A stretch of 64,000 bases of DNA from Octopus sinensis (taxonomy: Eukaryota): assembly GCF_006345805.1 (NCBI RefSeq), contig NC_042999.1:168454001-168518000 (forward strand), given 5' to 3'. Shown one piece after another: positions 34,752 to 47,465 of this stretch. Position 1 is the stretch's first letter, and every line of letters begins with the position of its first letter. The notes under the pieces are model-generated. The model did not search any database, was not told where the DNA came from, and worked only from the letters and a program-made list of their open reading frames with translations. A program made the translations under genes and the position numbers.

Positions 34752-37700
34752 AGCAATCAAATAAACAAAACACCAAAACAATTAAAACCATCCACTCTCG
34801 CCTCAACATTTTTGCTTAATGCCCAAGGCATCAGCTCTTCCACCAATACTCAAAAATGGAAGATAAAATTCCTGGAGGACTGGGTCGATGCCCATCCAAA
34901 CCGCATCCCTTTCTTCGTCCTCACTGAAACCCATCTTAGTAACTTCCACTTGGAAGCCAAGGTGAAAGTTAAAAATTTCAAAGTCATTCGTGCTGATCCT
35001 GCTGGCAGAAGAAAGGGTGGGACTGCCATTTATGTTCATGGTTCATTCTCAACAGAGGCTATAAACATATTTTCCAATGGAAACTGCGAAACAGTCGCTG
35101 TATTCAGTCAAACCAACAACTTAACAGTAGTTGGGCTCTACAGACCACCCCAAACGCCCCTACCATGCTTCAAGGAATGCCTCAACAGCATAAAATGTTT
35201 TATTCAGCAGTGTCAACCTGACAACATTTTAATGATGGGAGACTTCAACCTTCCCGGGGTTGACTGGTCTACAAACAGTCTGCTGCCTGGTTCTTCACTC
35301 TCAACCCCTGACAGGGAGGCAGTGGAATCGCTTCTTGACTTCATGGATGATTTCTTCCTGTCCCAACTGGTGCTCGAACCAACGAGATGTCACAAAAACG
35401 TCTTAGACTTAATTTTCAGCAATCACACTGATACTATCCACAATATTGCAGTGGAGAAAACCCTACTCTCCGACCATGACATGGTTCTCTGTGATCTGAG
35501 ATTTCACTGGCCAAAATGCAAAACAAATGTCATCCCTCCTGTTCATCCATTTGACTCTATGGATTTCCACAATGCAAACTGGGAAGCGATCAATAATGAT
35601 CTTGCACAAGTCGATTGGTCCTTCACGCACACATACACACCCACTAACATCAAAAAGTCCTGGCAGTCATTTGTAGACACCATTACGAACATATGTGCAA
35701 AACACACCCCATTAAGATCTGTAAACAAATCTAAGTGTCGAATCCCTAGAAATAGAAAATCTCTCATCAGGAAAATTAAAAGAATCAACAAAAAGATCAA
35801 CATGCTGAAATACTGTCAACAGCAACACACCAACCTGACTGCCATCTCGTCGCTAGAGATTAAAAAACATAACCTCCAAAACAACATGATGTCTATCATC
35901 AACAGTCAGAGAAGAGCTGAAGAGGCCTGGGCCATTGAGAAGATCAAACTCAATTCCAAAGTGTTCTTTTCATTTGCAAAAAAACACAGAGTCACTGGTT
36001 CTACTGTTGGTCCTCTGATTGATGAAAATGGTACTCTTCAAGACAATGCCAAAACCATGGGAGAGATATTGCAGAAACAATATTGCTCTGTTTTCAGCAA
36101 TCCTGATATGACTGATCTGGGCTGTATCAGTGATGTTATGTTATCCCAATACACTTTATCGGACATAACCTTTGGCGCTCCTGATGTCTTAGCAGCAATA
36201 AAGGAAATGAAGCATAATTCAGCAGTAGGTCCCGATAGGTTCCCTGCTTGTGTCTTGAAGATGTGTCAAAACCAACTAGCCAATCTGTGGCGGAACTTAC
36301 TGGATGCTGGATATATACCAGAAGACCGTCTATCCCAGTCTGTTGTCCCAGTTTTCAAAAAAGGAAACAAATCACTTGCCGTGAATTACCGTCCAATCTC
36401 ACTCACCTCTCATATCATTAAGGTATTTGAGAGAGTGCTGAGATCGCGTATGACTCACTTCCTTGAGAGTCATAATATGCTGAACTCCAACCAGCATGGA
36501 TTCCGTAATGGAAGAGATTGCCTGACGCAGCTACTGCATCATTTTGATGACATTTTGAGAGCCTTGGGAGAGGGTTCCAACACTGATGTTATCTATCTTG
36601 ATTTCAGCAAGGCTTTTGACAGGGCTGATCATAAGATCCTTCTGAGAAAGCTGTCCAATATTGGTGTCACTGGAAAGCTGCTGCAGTGGATCAAGTGCTT
36701 CCTGTCTAACGGAACCCAACATGTTGTAGTCAAAGGAGTCAAATCCAGCCCAGCCAAAGTCAGCAGTGGTGTCCCACAAGGCAGTGTGTTGGGCCCACTT
36801 CTCTTCATCATCTACATAAATGATATTGCTGACACCATCAAACACAGTAACATCACAACCTTCACTGATGATTCCAAGCTCCAGAAGGTCGTGGATGACC
36901 GGATAAGCCTTCAGTCAGACCTACTGGCTGTTGTCCAATGGGCGGAAAAGAACATGTTGCTAAACGAAGACAAATTCGAACTGATCCACTTTGGAAGGGA
37001 GGACGCTCCGAAACTCCCATACTCCCTTCCTTCTGGAGAAATTCTCATGGCGTCTAACAACTTCAGAGACTTGGGAGTAACAGTGGAAAACAACATAAGC
37101 TGGGCTACACATATAAGCAGCAAAGTTGACATGGCTCGCAGAATATATTCCTGGATTCTCAGAACCTTCCAGTCGAGAGATTCCCACACCATTATCCTTC
37201 TCTTCTCCACTTTTGCCCGATCCCACCTTGAATATTACTGTCCACTGTGATCTCCCTACACAAAACAAAATATTATGAGAATTGAAGCTCCCCAAAGGTC
37301 AATCACAAAAAAGATAGATGGCATGTCAGACCTTGACTACTGGGGTAGACTAGAGAAGTTGAAATTGTATTCACTCTAACGAGGCCGTAAATGCTACATT
37401 ATCTGTATGTTGTGGAAAATATTCCATCAGCACTGTCCAAATGATGTTGGCATCACCTTCAAAATACATCCAAGGCTTGGACCACGTGCCATCCGTCACA
37501 CAACAAAAATCTAAATCGCATCACATAACGACAATACGGCACAATTATTTCACTTCAATTGGACCCGCTCTCTTCAACATTACACCAGGACACGTCAAAA
37601 CAGAAACTGACCACACAAAATTCAAGAAGTCTTTGGACAAATTCCTTTAAACAGTCCTGGACAAACCACCCACACCCGGATATGTCTCCGCAAACAATAA

Positions 37701-37800
37701 CTCTCTGCTCGAATGGGCCTCGGTGCCCAAATCCTGAGTTGAAAGACTTCGCCAGGTGGTGCTATTAAGTTAGACATGGCCTGGGCCAATACTGGCCAAA
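34752..37800 (+). mobile_element. CR1/L2-group LINE ORF2 (APE + RT), 5'-truncated; open to 37250, then premature stops
   Basis: LTETHL, GDFNLP, PTR..N.LDL and SDH (APE); YRPISLTS, VIYLDFSKAFD, GVPQGSVLGPLLFIIYINDI and FTDD (RT); TAAGTTAAGTT tail; inserted in (TA)n. Confidence 0.92.
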
Positions 37801-38091
37801 ACCTTTCTAAGTTAAGTTATGTATACATATATATATATGCGTATATATATATATATATACATATATGTATACATATATATATGTACACATATATATATGT
37901 ATACATACATGTATACATATATATATGTACACATATATATATGTATACATACATATACATATATATATGTATACAACATATACAATATATATGTATACAT
38001 AAATACATATATAATGTATACTACATATACATATATATATGTATACATACATACATATATATATGTATACATACATATACTATATATATGT

Positions 38092-38169
<78 letters not shown>

Positions 38170-38171
<2 letters not shown>

Positions 38172-39572
38172 GCGGAAACCACCTGCCAAAAAGAAAAAGA
38201 AAAGGAAAGGACTACGCACTACCTGCCCTAAAACGGAGGTACGCAGATGTAGTACGTGTTACAAACCATCAACATGTTATTGAAAGGGCAGCTGCTGAAC
38301 AAGAATCTTTTTTGTGCATGGCACAAAAGATTGTACAGCAGCTAACCTGGCTCCATCAAACTCAAACTCACAGATGGGACTATCCACAATACACAAGACC
38401 GCCACAGCAAATAGCCCCAAAGTGGACACCACTGGCAACAACACACACATCACCTCGATGCTCCTACTGAACATCAGAGGACTGCTAACACTCAGTAACA
38501 GGACAAAAATCCCTTTCTTGAGAGACCTTGTTGCATGCAATCAAGCCTTATGCATAGCACTTATGGAAACACACCTGAAACCGGACATAGCAAATGCAGA
38601 AATACACATACCACAGTATGTTGTACTACGGACCGACAGAAAAGAAAGGAGTCATGGTGGAGTTGCTATGTACATCCGTGAGGACCTCACACCCCAGGTT
38701 CTTTTGTCATACTCACATTCGGTGTGTGACACACTGGTTGTACATATGAGGCAACTCGGTGTAAGTTATATGTGCTACATATCGCCCTCCAGATGCTCCA
38801 AGCCATGTAGGCAAGTTTGAAGACTGCCTTACAAAAATAGAAGTTCTAGTCACATTAGAACAACACATAAGTGTACTTCTTATGGGAGACTTCAATCTGC
38901 CCAATGTCAGATGGCACGAGGGCCTTTCTCTCCCAGGAATGACACGATGCGACCGAGGACAGGCGAGGTCCCTCCTGAACCTCATCAACACTCTGTACAT
39001 GGAGCAAATAATACTCCAACCAACCAGGGCAGGTAACACACTGGATCTCTGCTTCACAAATAATATGGATCTCATCCATAATGTGAAAGTGACACCGACA
39101 CTACTCTCGGATCACAACATGGTAGAGTTGACCATGTACGGGCCAAAGGAAAGCATTGACATGCAGCCTACAAGAAACTCTCATAATCTTTCCAGCTTGA
39201 ACTTCCATAAGGCAAACTGGAAACAAATTGAGAAAGAGATCCTCAAACAAAACTGGCCTGAATGTCTCTCCTCGCCAGACATCGACATGAAACTTCAACA
39301 ATTCATGTCTGTAATGCAAGCCATATGCTACAAATGTGTCCCAGAGAGAAAGGCCACTGTACACAAGAACAAAATCCCTAGAGAGAGGAAAATTGTTGAG
39401 ATGTCGTACAAAAGTCACAAATCGCCTAAACAAACAAATTGAAAGCAGTGAAAAGTCCCGCCTGAAAATTAAACTGCTGGAAATTGAAAAAAGTCTGCAA
39501 CTCTCCCATGGAAAAGAAAGAGCAGACAAAGAAGCCTGGGCTATAGACAACATAAAATCTAACCCCAGAGCT
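38170..39572 (+). mobile_element. CR1/L2-group LINE fragment (APE domain region), 3' part lost at the retrozyme-like insertion
   Basis: [43 protein letters not shown] and LSDHN motifs. Confidence 0.88.
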
Positions 39573-40014
39573 TTAGTATAGCGATAACTATTAATACCCA
39601 GTAATGCTACCGTAATCTCCTTTAGAGAGACTTAGTAATTTTAATATTTCTATTATTGAAAACAAGTGGATGTATTCCACTGTAACTAGGTAAATAAAAT
39701 CTTCGAACAGACGGTCAGTAGCGACACCTGTTGGGTCTGACTACGCTGCATCGATAAAGGGCAACAACCCTGAAACATGTCTGCAAATGTCTGACTAGCA
39801 AGGTGAAGTAGCTGACCTCCCCTGTTCGAAGGTTGTAATGGACGCAGGTTCGTGTGTCATATAGCTAGCTAGAGGCGATGGCTTCTTGGAGCTAATCAGT
39901 GACAGCTTTAGTCTTATATTTATGGACTGCCATATTAGTATGGCGATAACTATTAATACCCAGTAACGCTGCCGTAATCTCCTTTAGAGAGACTTAGTAA
40001 TTTTAATATTTCTA
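39573..40014 (+). mobile_element. Diverged 1.2-mer of the ~363-bp hammerhead monomer
   Basis: Homologous to the reverse complement of the 30581 array; period 362 (39573 and 39935); ends in (TA)n. Confidence 0.85.
39747..39785 (+). ncRNA. Minimal type I hammerhead ribozyme, U3-A8/U4C variant
   Basis: TGCA-TCGATAA-AGGG caacaa CCCT-GAAA-CATG-TC^-TGCA; palindrome ACATGT; predicted cleavage after 39781. Confidence 0.75.
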
Positions 40015-40153
40015 CATATATATATATATATGTATACATATACATACGTATCCATACACACATATGTACATATACATATATACATACGTATACATACACA
40101 CATATGTACATATACATATGTACATATACATGTACATATATATACACATATGC

Positions 40154-40210
<57 letters not shown>

Positions 40211-40353
40211 TATACACACATGTATATATACATATATGTACACACGTACATACACATATATGTACATACACATATATGTATATATACATATATGCACATA
40301 TACATATATGTACACATATGCATATATATATATATGTATATATATGCACATAC

Positions 40354-40400
<47 letters not shown>

Positions 40401-40469
40401 ATGTACATATATGTGTATGTATACACATGTGTATGTATGTATATATATATATGTATATAAATCCTTTAA

Positions 40470-41040
40470 AATGTTTCAGCCTGAAGGCTGCTGCCATGCT
40501 GGGGCATCACCGCTGAATGAGCTACACTAATTTGTGAATCCACCTCTGATACATGCCACTTGCCCAACAAGGGAGTTCGATGCCGATGCCCGCATCTGTG
40601 TCTCCTGTCGTGAGGTAGGTTCATCTGGGATCTCCGACAAGAAGAGATCTAGTTGAGTTTTAAAGAAATCCACACCATGCAAGTCTCTCAGGCATTTAGG
40701 GAGAATGTTGAAGAGCTGTGGTCCTCTGAAACCCAAGTTGTTGCAGTATCTGGTCCTGTATTTTGATGGTGATGTTGGAATCTTTGGCACCATGCAGTGG
40801 CGCTCCGTTCTGTGATTGGGGTAACTTTGAATGCCAAAGTTTGGGACAAGACCCTCCAGTTCCCAGTAGCTGATATGTTCCATTGAGACGATCTTCTTAG
40901 TGTAGCTTCTTTGAATTGCTTTGAGTTCTGCTGCTTTAGCTTTAATATTGTTGTGGTGACCATAGTTGGGAGCAGTTGTCAAGCGGCTGAGGACGAAAGT
41001 TTTCCACAGGACCATCAGTGTCTCCTTCTTCGACATATAT
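40470..41040 (-). mobile_element. CR1/L2-group LINE, 3' fragment (same family as 32625-33260)
   Basis: VLWKTFVLSRL and RYCNNLGFRGPQLFNILPKCLRDLHG; shared 3' end ..TGCCCCAGCATGGCAGCAG. Confidence 0.85.
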
Positions 41041-41077
41041 ATCCTTATCTTCATTTATATATGTGTCGTAACATATA

Positions 41078-41162
<85 letters not shown>

Positions 41163-41911
41163 TATAATATATATGTACATATATATCTATGTATATATGT
41201 ACTATATATATAATATATTATATATATAATGTGTACACAACACACGTATATATAATATAATAATATAATATAAGTATAGGATAAAAAATTTTTTCAGGAA
41301 AAAAATATCTTATCATGGCCAGCATATCATAAAATGCCTTTAAGGTAAAATTTATATATATATATATTATATAGTATATTATAATACAATATATATACAC
41401 ACACACGTATATATATATACATAATACACATATATATTTATATACATATATATATCATATATACATATACACATATATATTTATATATACATATATATAT
41501 ATATATATACATATATACATATATATATTTATATACATATTAATATATATATATATACATATACACATATATATTTATATACATATATATATAATATATA
41601 TACATATAGCACATATATATTTATATATACACATATATATATATATATACACATATAATATATTATACACATATATATATTTATATACATATATATATAT
41701 ATAGCACATATATATTTATATACATATATACTATATATATCACATATATATTTATATAAGCATATATCTATATATATAATACACATATATATTTATATAC
41801 ATATATATATATTACACATATATATTTATATCATATATATATATATATACTATATATATTACTATACATATATATAATATATATACTATAATACTATATT
41901 ATAATATACGA

Positions 41912-41942
<31 letters not shown>

Positions 41943-42049
41943 ATATATATACATATATAATATATATATATCTATATACATATATATATATATATAGATA
42001 TATAATATATACAATATATATATAGATACATATATATATCTATATATAC

Positions 42050-42091
<42 letters not shown>

Positions 42092-42120
42092 TAATATACA
42101 TATATTATATATATATATAC

Positions 42121-42172
<52 letters not shown>

Positions 42173-42276
42173 CATATATATTATACAATATATATATATA
42201 TATATGAAGCATATATATATATATTACATATATATATATACATATATATATAATATATATACCATATATATATATA

Positions 42277-42324
<48 letters not shown>

Positions 42325-42344
42325 CTATATATATATATATATAT

Positions 42345-42381
<37 letters not shown>

Positions 42382-42440
42382 ATATACATATCTATACATA
42401 TATATATTAATATATATATAATATATGATATATATAAAAT
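41040..42440. repeat. ~1.4-kb degenerate (TA)n microsatellite
   Basis: Almost pure TA with interspersed C/G. Confidence 0.95.
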
Positions 42441-43382
42441 ATTATTATAGAGCAAAAACCACTATTTTGCAAACAAACAAGGAAAGACTTAATCAATACA
42501 TAAAATTTTAATAAATAGTCAAAAAACCCACCACTACAATTGTTTCTTGTCTTGATCGACAATCTTCAGGTGGACTTCCAATCTAAAATATCAATATTTT
42601 AAAATATAAAATAATAATTTTAAATAATTAAAGTATGAATGAAAAAATATAAATATATAATCCATATATAACCTATATATAATCCATATATAATCAATAT
42701 ATAAACAATATATAAACTAAAATAAACCTATCAACAATTAAATATAAAATATAAAATATAAAATATAAAATATAAAATATAAAACAAAACAAAAAAATAA
42801 TAATAATATAATAATAAACTATATATACACACCACACACTATAACTATTATATATATAACCATATCTAACTACATACACTAAATCACATACCTATATATA
42901 TATCCCTATACATACACATAAAAACGTCTAGGCAACTATAAATAAATAAAATAGCTAAATACTTCAACACAATACTTATTCATACTCCACACACACACAC
43001 CACAACACCCACATTCACGCTCTAGAAAAGGACATCACTTAAAACTATGAAAACGGAGAAATGGAATAAATGGAATTAAAAATTATATTCACTTGGTAAA
43101 ACGAACACTACTTAAAAATTATGAATGAAACAATGCAATAAAACAACAGACATCGCAAATAGACACAAATTACTACGAATTCCTTAACAAACCTACCATG
43201 ATAAACCAAAACTCATAAAAACATATAATGATAAAATCTCCCTTTACTAAACTCTATAACATACCTTTTGGTATTATATATGGATTATATATTTATATTT
43301 TTTCATTCATACTTTAATTATTTTAAAATTATTATTTTATATTTTAAAATATTGATATTTTAGATTGGAAGTCCACCTGAAG
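42440..43382 (-). mobile_element. PLE pseudo-LTR-like segment with hammerhead and an inverted, truncated partial copy
   Basis: 42564-42670 is inverted at 43275-43382 (one indel); the inverted copy stops just after CTGAAGA. Confidence 0.6.
42531..42573 (-). ncRNA. Canonical minimal type I hammerhead ribozyme
   Basis: CCAC-CTGAAGA-TTGTC gatcaa GACAA-GAAA-CAATTG-TA^-GTGG; all core bases canonical; palindrome ACAATTGT. Confidence 0.85.
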
Positions 43383-43384
43383 AG

Positions 43385-46300
43385 AGAAGGGGAAGAGGGA
43401 GCAGAGAGAAAGAGAGAAGAAGAGGGAGAATAGGGAAAGAAGGGAAGAGGAGGGAAAGAGAGTAGGGGTGAAAAGATGAAGGACTATATGTTTTACTGAA
43501 GAGAAGTAGGAGTCGGGGGAGGTTAGATGAAAAGGGGAAGAGAGTTGAGCCCAAATGACGTAAAAGAGCGAAGAGAGAAGATTAATCCTTGTTCACGGCG
43601 GAAGCGGGAATCCGGATGGCCACTGTGCAAGGACAATCCGAACACAGACAGGTGTTGCAAGGAGTGACCGGTGGAGCGGAAATGGCATGAGACTGGAGTG
43701 TCATTGGCAAGGCGAATGTCTCGGAGGTGTTCCGGGAACCGGTCAGCCAAGCGGCGTCTCGTTTGTTCGATATACAGGGAATGGCAGAGAGAGCAGGAGA
43801 TGCAATAGATGATATTCCTGGAGGTGCAGGTGAATGAGTCGATGATGCGATAGGGTCGATGATGGGTGCCGGTGAGGAGGATGGTGTTGGAGAGGCAAGT
43901 GCGGCAGTGTGGGCGGGAGTAGGGGGAACGAGCCAGGTTGTGAGGTAGGGTCAGGGAAGAAGCTGTGGACCAAGAGGTCTCATACGTTATGGGCTCGTTT
44001 GAAGGAAGGGAGGGGTCGGTTAGGGAAGAGGTGTGAAGTGGACGGGTCGGACTGGAGATGCCGGAAAGCTCGGAGATTGGTGCGTTGGAGAGGTAGGGTG
44101 GTGGGGTGGTAATTGAGGGGAAAAGGGAGGCGGGAGACTGCAGGGGGGGTTCGGGGGGAGAGAGCAGATGCACGGTCTACAGAACGTGCTCTGGCAAGGG
44201 CGGTGTGGATAGTGGTGAGGGCCTATCCACGTAAGATGAAAGTGGTGAGCCATGAGTTGAGACTGAGTCTCAAAGTCATGGTCGTCACTACAGAGCCTAT
44301 GTAGACAGAGGAATTGGGAATAGGGGATGGAAAGCTTGGTGTGATTGGGGTGGGAGGAAGAGAAGTTTAGGTATGAGTGTGAGTCAGTGTGTTTGTAGTG
44401 AATGGAGGTGGTAAGAATGGAGTGATGAATGCTAACCGAAATGTCAAGGAAGGAGACAGAGGTGTTGGAGTGCAGGTGAAGTGGAGGGCAGGATGGAAGG
44501 ATTGAACGAAAGAGACGAAGGAGTCCAGATGTTCACGGGAGAGTGAGGTGGCACCAATAATGTCATCAATGTAACGACCGTATAGTCTGGGAGTGCGACC
44601 AGTGAAACTAGAGAATATTTGGGCCTCAACATAGCCAACAAACAGGTTCACATAGTTGGGGCCCATTTGCGTTCCCATGGCCACTCCCGAGACTTGGTAT
44701 AACTCGCCCGCGAACGAGAAGCAGTTAAGAGAAAGGACAAGTTCGGCCAGACGAATGAGTGTGGAGGTGTCGGGTTCGGGGTTGGGGCGGAGGTCGAGAA
44801 AGTGTTGAAGTGCACGCAGTCCTTCGTGGTGAGGGACGACAGTATAGAGGCTCTGGATGTCCATTGTAAAGAGGAGTTAGGAGGAGCCGGGAGGAAAGGA
44901 GAAAGAGTTGTAAAGCCGGAGAGCATGGTTGGTGTCGTGGATGTGAGAGGGAAGAGACGCCACTAGGAGGGCAAGGACACGGTCGAGGTATTTTGAGATG
45001 AGCTCTGTGGGGCAGTTACAGGCGGAGACGATGGGGCGGCCAGGGTTTTTGGGTTTGTGGTTTTGGGGAGCAAGTGGGGTTCGGACAATGAGTTTGGATG
45101 CGGTGCGGAGGAGATGGGAGGACGAGATGAAGTCGTGGACAGTAGAGGAGACCGTCTGTTGGTAGCTAAGCGTGGGGTCAGAGGACAGAGGGGAGTAGAA
45201 GGAGGTGTCATTGAGTTGGCGAAGCGCCTCGGCCCTGTAGAGGTCCGCGTGCCACACCACCACAGCTCCACTCTTGTCGGCTGGTTTGATGACAATGTCA
45301 GCGTGCCGTCAGAGGGAACGAAGAGCCGAGAGGTCGGCCGGAGAGATGTTGAGGCGGCAGTGGCGCCTGGAGAAATTGAACCGCTCCAACGCGCGCTGAC
45401 AGGCACCCGCGAAAAGATCCACTGCTTGGAACTGGCGTCCACTGGGATGGTCGGCGGCCCAGGTCAGTGAAGCAGTCCTAGTTTGATGCGGGTGGTATGT
45501 CGCGGAAAGACGCACCCAACCGGACGCGGCGCACAAAACTGTGGACATCAGCACGCGTCTGGAATTCCTTACAGGATGGAGTGAGGGGGATGACACGCAG
45601 GCCCCTACTGAGGATGGAACGTTTCGCTGCAGAGAGAGGATGATCTGGGGGAATGGTAACAACAGACTGAAGTGGAGAAGGGGCTGATAGAATAGAAGTA
45701 GGAGGGGCTGATCGAATAGAAGTAGGAGGGGTGCTAGGGCAAGTGGAAGGCTGGGGGGAGGGAGTGGGGATGTGGGGGGTTGAAGGGACAGTGGGGTTGG
45801 GTGTGGGTGGGTGGAGCCTATCAGGGAGGGAGAAGGGTAGTGGAGGAGTTGGGGTGGTGGCGTCGGGTGTGATGGCATGGAGGAGTGATTGGAGTTTACG
45901 AAGTTTGGTGTTGGAAAGAAATTGATGAAAGAGGTGATTTAAATGGATAATGAAGCGTAACGTTTTGTGAGCATGGAAGGGCGGCAGAGAGGAGAAAAAG
46001 ATGGAAAAAGCAGTCGATAGTATGAAGTTTAGAGAGATTGGAGCAAATGGTGGCACGCATAAGGCGGTAAGATGTGGTGCGGAGTATGGGTAGGATGGAT
46101 GAAGCAGAGTGGAGAGCGGGGTGGAAATGGAGACGGAAACCTTTAGGGATAAGGTGGTGATGTAAGCAGTGGCTGAGAAATGAGACGTGGCTAGAGCAGC
46201 GAGTTTTTTTTAAAAAGGAGTAGAGAGAGATTAATGGACGGCTGAACCTAAGTGATACGCACGGACTGCAGTTTCTAGGTATTTGCCTGCCTTCAGCGTA

Positions 46301-46560
46301 CGGCAATCACCGGTTTTCGATGAAGGGACACCGATTGCTGATCCTTATTTATGGCTTTTCCAGTGGGTTTTCTGTATTTTGAGTGTTTTATATTTGTTTT
46401 GTGTGTGCTTTGTGTTTGTGTTTTGTGTGCATTTTGTGCGTGATGATGTTTTGTATATTTTGTATGTGTTTTGCGTGTAATTTTTTGTGTTTTGAGTTTC
46501 TTTTGTGTGCATTTTCTTTGTATTTTGTACTTGTTTTGTGTGACCATCCATACAAATATA
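43385..46560 (-). mobile_element. Near-complete Penelope-like retroelement (RT + GIY-YIG), frameshifted
   Basis: FLSHC...LIPKGFR (N-terminus), IVIKPAD, PGRPIVSAC, MDIQSLYT, GVAMGTQMGP, RYIDD (RT) and NIIYCISCSLC..LYI..T.RRL.DRF.EH (GIY-YIG); stop at 43523; pyrimidine-rich 3' tail. Confidence 0.93.
46258..46302 (-). ncRNA. Type I hammerhead at the PLE 5' end (A9 and 10.1 positions mutated)
   Basis: CGTACG-CTGAAGg-cAGG caaata CCTA-GAAA-CTGCAG-TC^-CGTGCG; 6-bp helix I, palindrome ACTGCAGT. Confidence 0.7.
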
Positions 46561-46659
46561 GTTTGCAGAACTATATACTAGGACGTCTGTACGAGGTCAG
46601 ATTTGTATATAGTTCTAGCTATTACACTTGTGGTTATTTTTCAAAAGTCCTCGTTTTGG

Positions 46660-47465
46660 CACGCCAAATTACTGGAAAATAATACTGGAGAAAACAATTT
46701 ACTGCAGTTGCTTTTGCCGGTGAGAGAATGTATTAAATTTAGTATTGGCTACCAGATGTTAACACTTCTCCTTTTACTAGATATACATGTTGAATTTATA
46801 GTATGAGAAGATGGAATGAACAGGATTCATTACAAATCACTACAATTGTTTTGGTGCATAGCTATTGCTGAAGGTCTGTTCATTCCATTTTCATGTACTA
46901 AAATTCTTTTATTCATATATTACTGGGATTGTTTTAAATGTGCTGTCTGCATACCAGTGACTGCTTGGTGATAAACAGAGTAAATCACATCTTGTCACAA
47001 ATATCATAATATGCTTTTCAACTGGTTGATCACCTTTAAAGGATTTAGTAAGTTCAGGTGGGAAAACTATTTCACTGCAAGTTGATGGTAGGGCTGGCCC
47101 AGTAAGAGTTTGTTGCCTTATAGTTCTCTTAATACTTTACATTTTTGTTAGTTTGGAGTCAACAGCTTGATTGTAATCATTGAGACCACAAAATACAACT
47201 GAATGGGGTGCATCTTTTGTTGACTTAGCCAGTTGACATATTTTTGAAATGGCTTCTTTTGCTGCAATTTCAGTGGCATCCAATATATGATTATGGTCCT
47301 TGGAAGATTTCATAATTTCATTCTTTACAGTAATTATGTGAGCATGGCATTTTGTTTTGGGATATTTTTTGCACTTCTAATGTTGATCATTTTCACCATT
47401 CTTATCGTATGGATGTCCATTATCAACCAACTTTTCATGACCATTTTCTGATTCAGTAAATTCAA
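46660..47465 (-). pseudogene. Mutator-like (FLYWCH + MULE) transposase relic
   Basis: Manual translation: KLVDNGHPY...*KCKKYPKTKCHAHI...KDHNH (FLYWCH; W codon mutated to TAG), then HWYADSTFKTIP (MULE catalytic D region). Not in the ORF track because of stops. Confidence 0.8.

Noticed and set aside
28200-42460. Many ORFs rich in Y/I/M/C/H/T/V
   Set aside because: They are translations of TA/CA/TG microsatellites, not genes.
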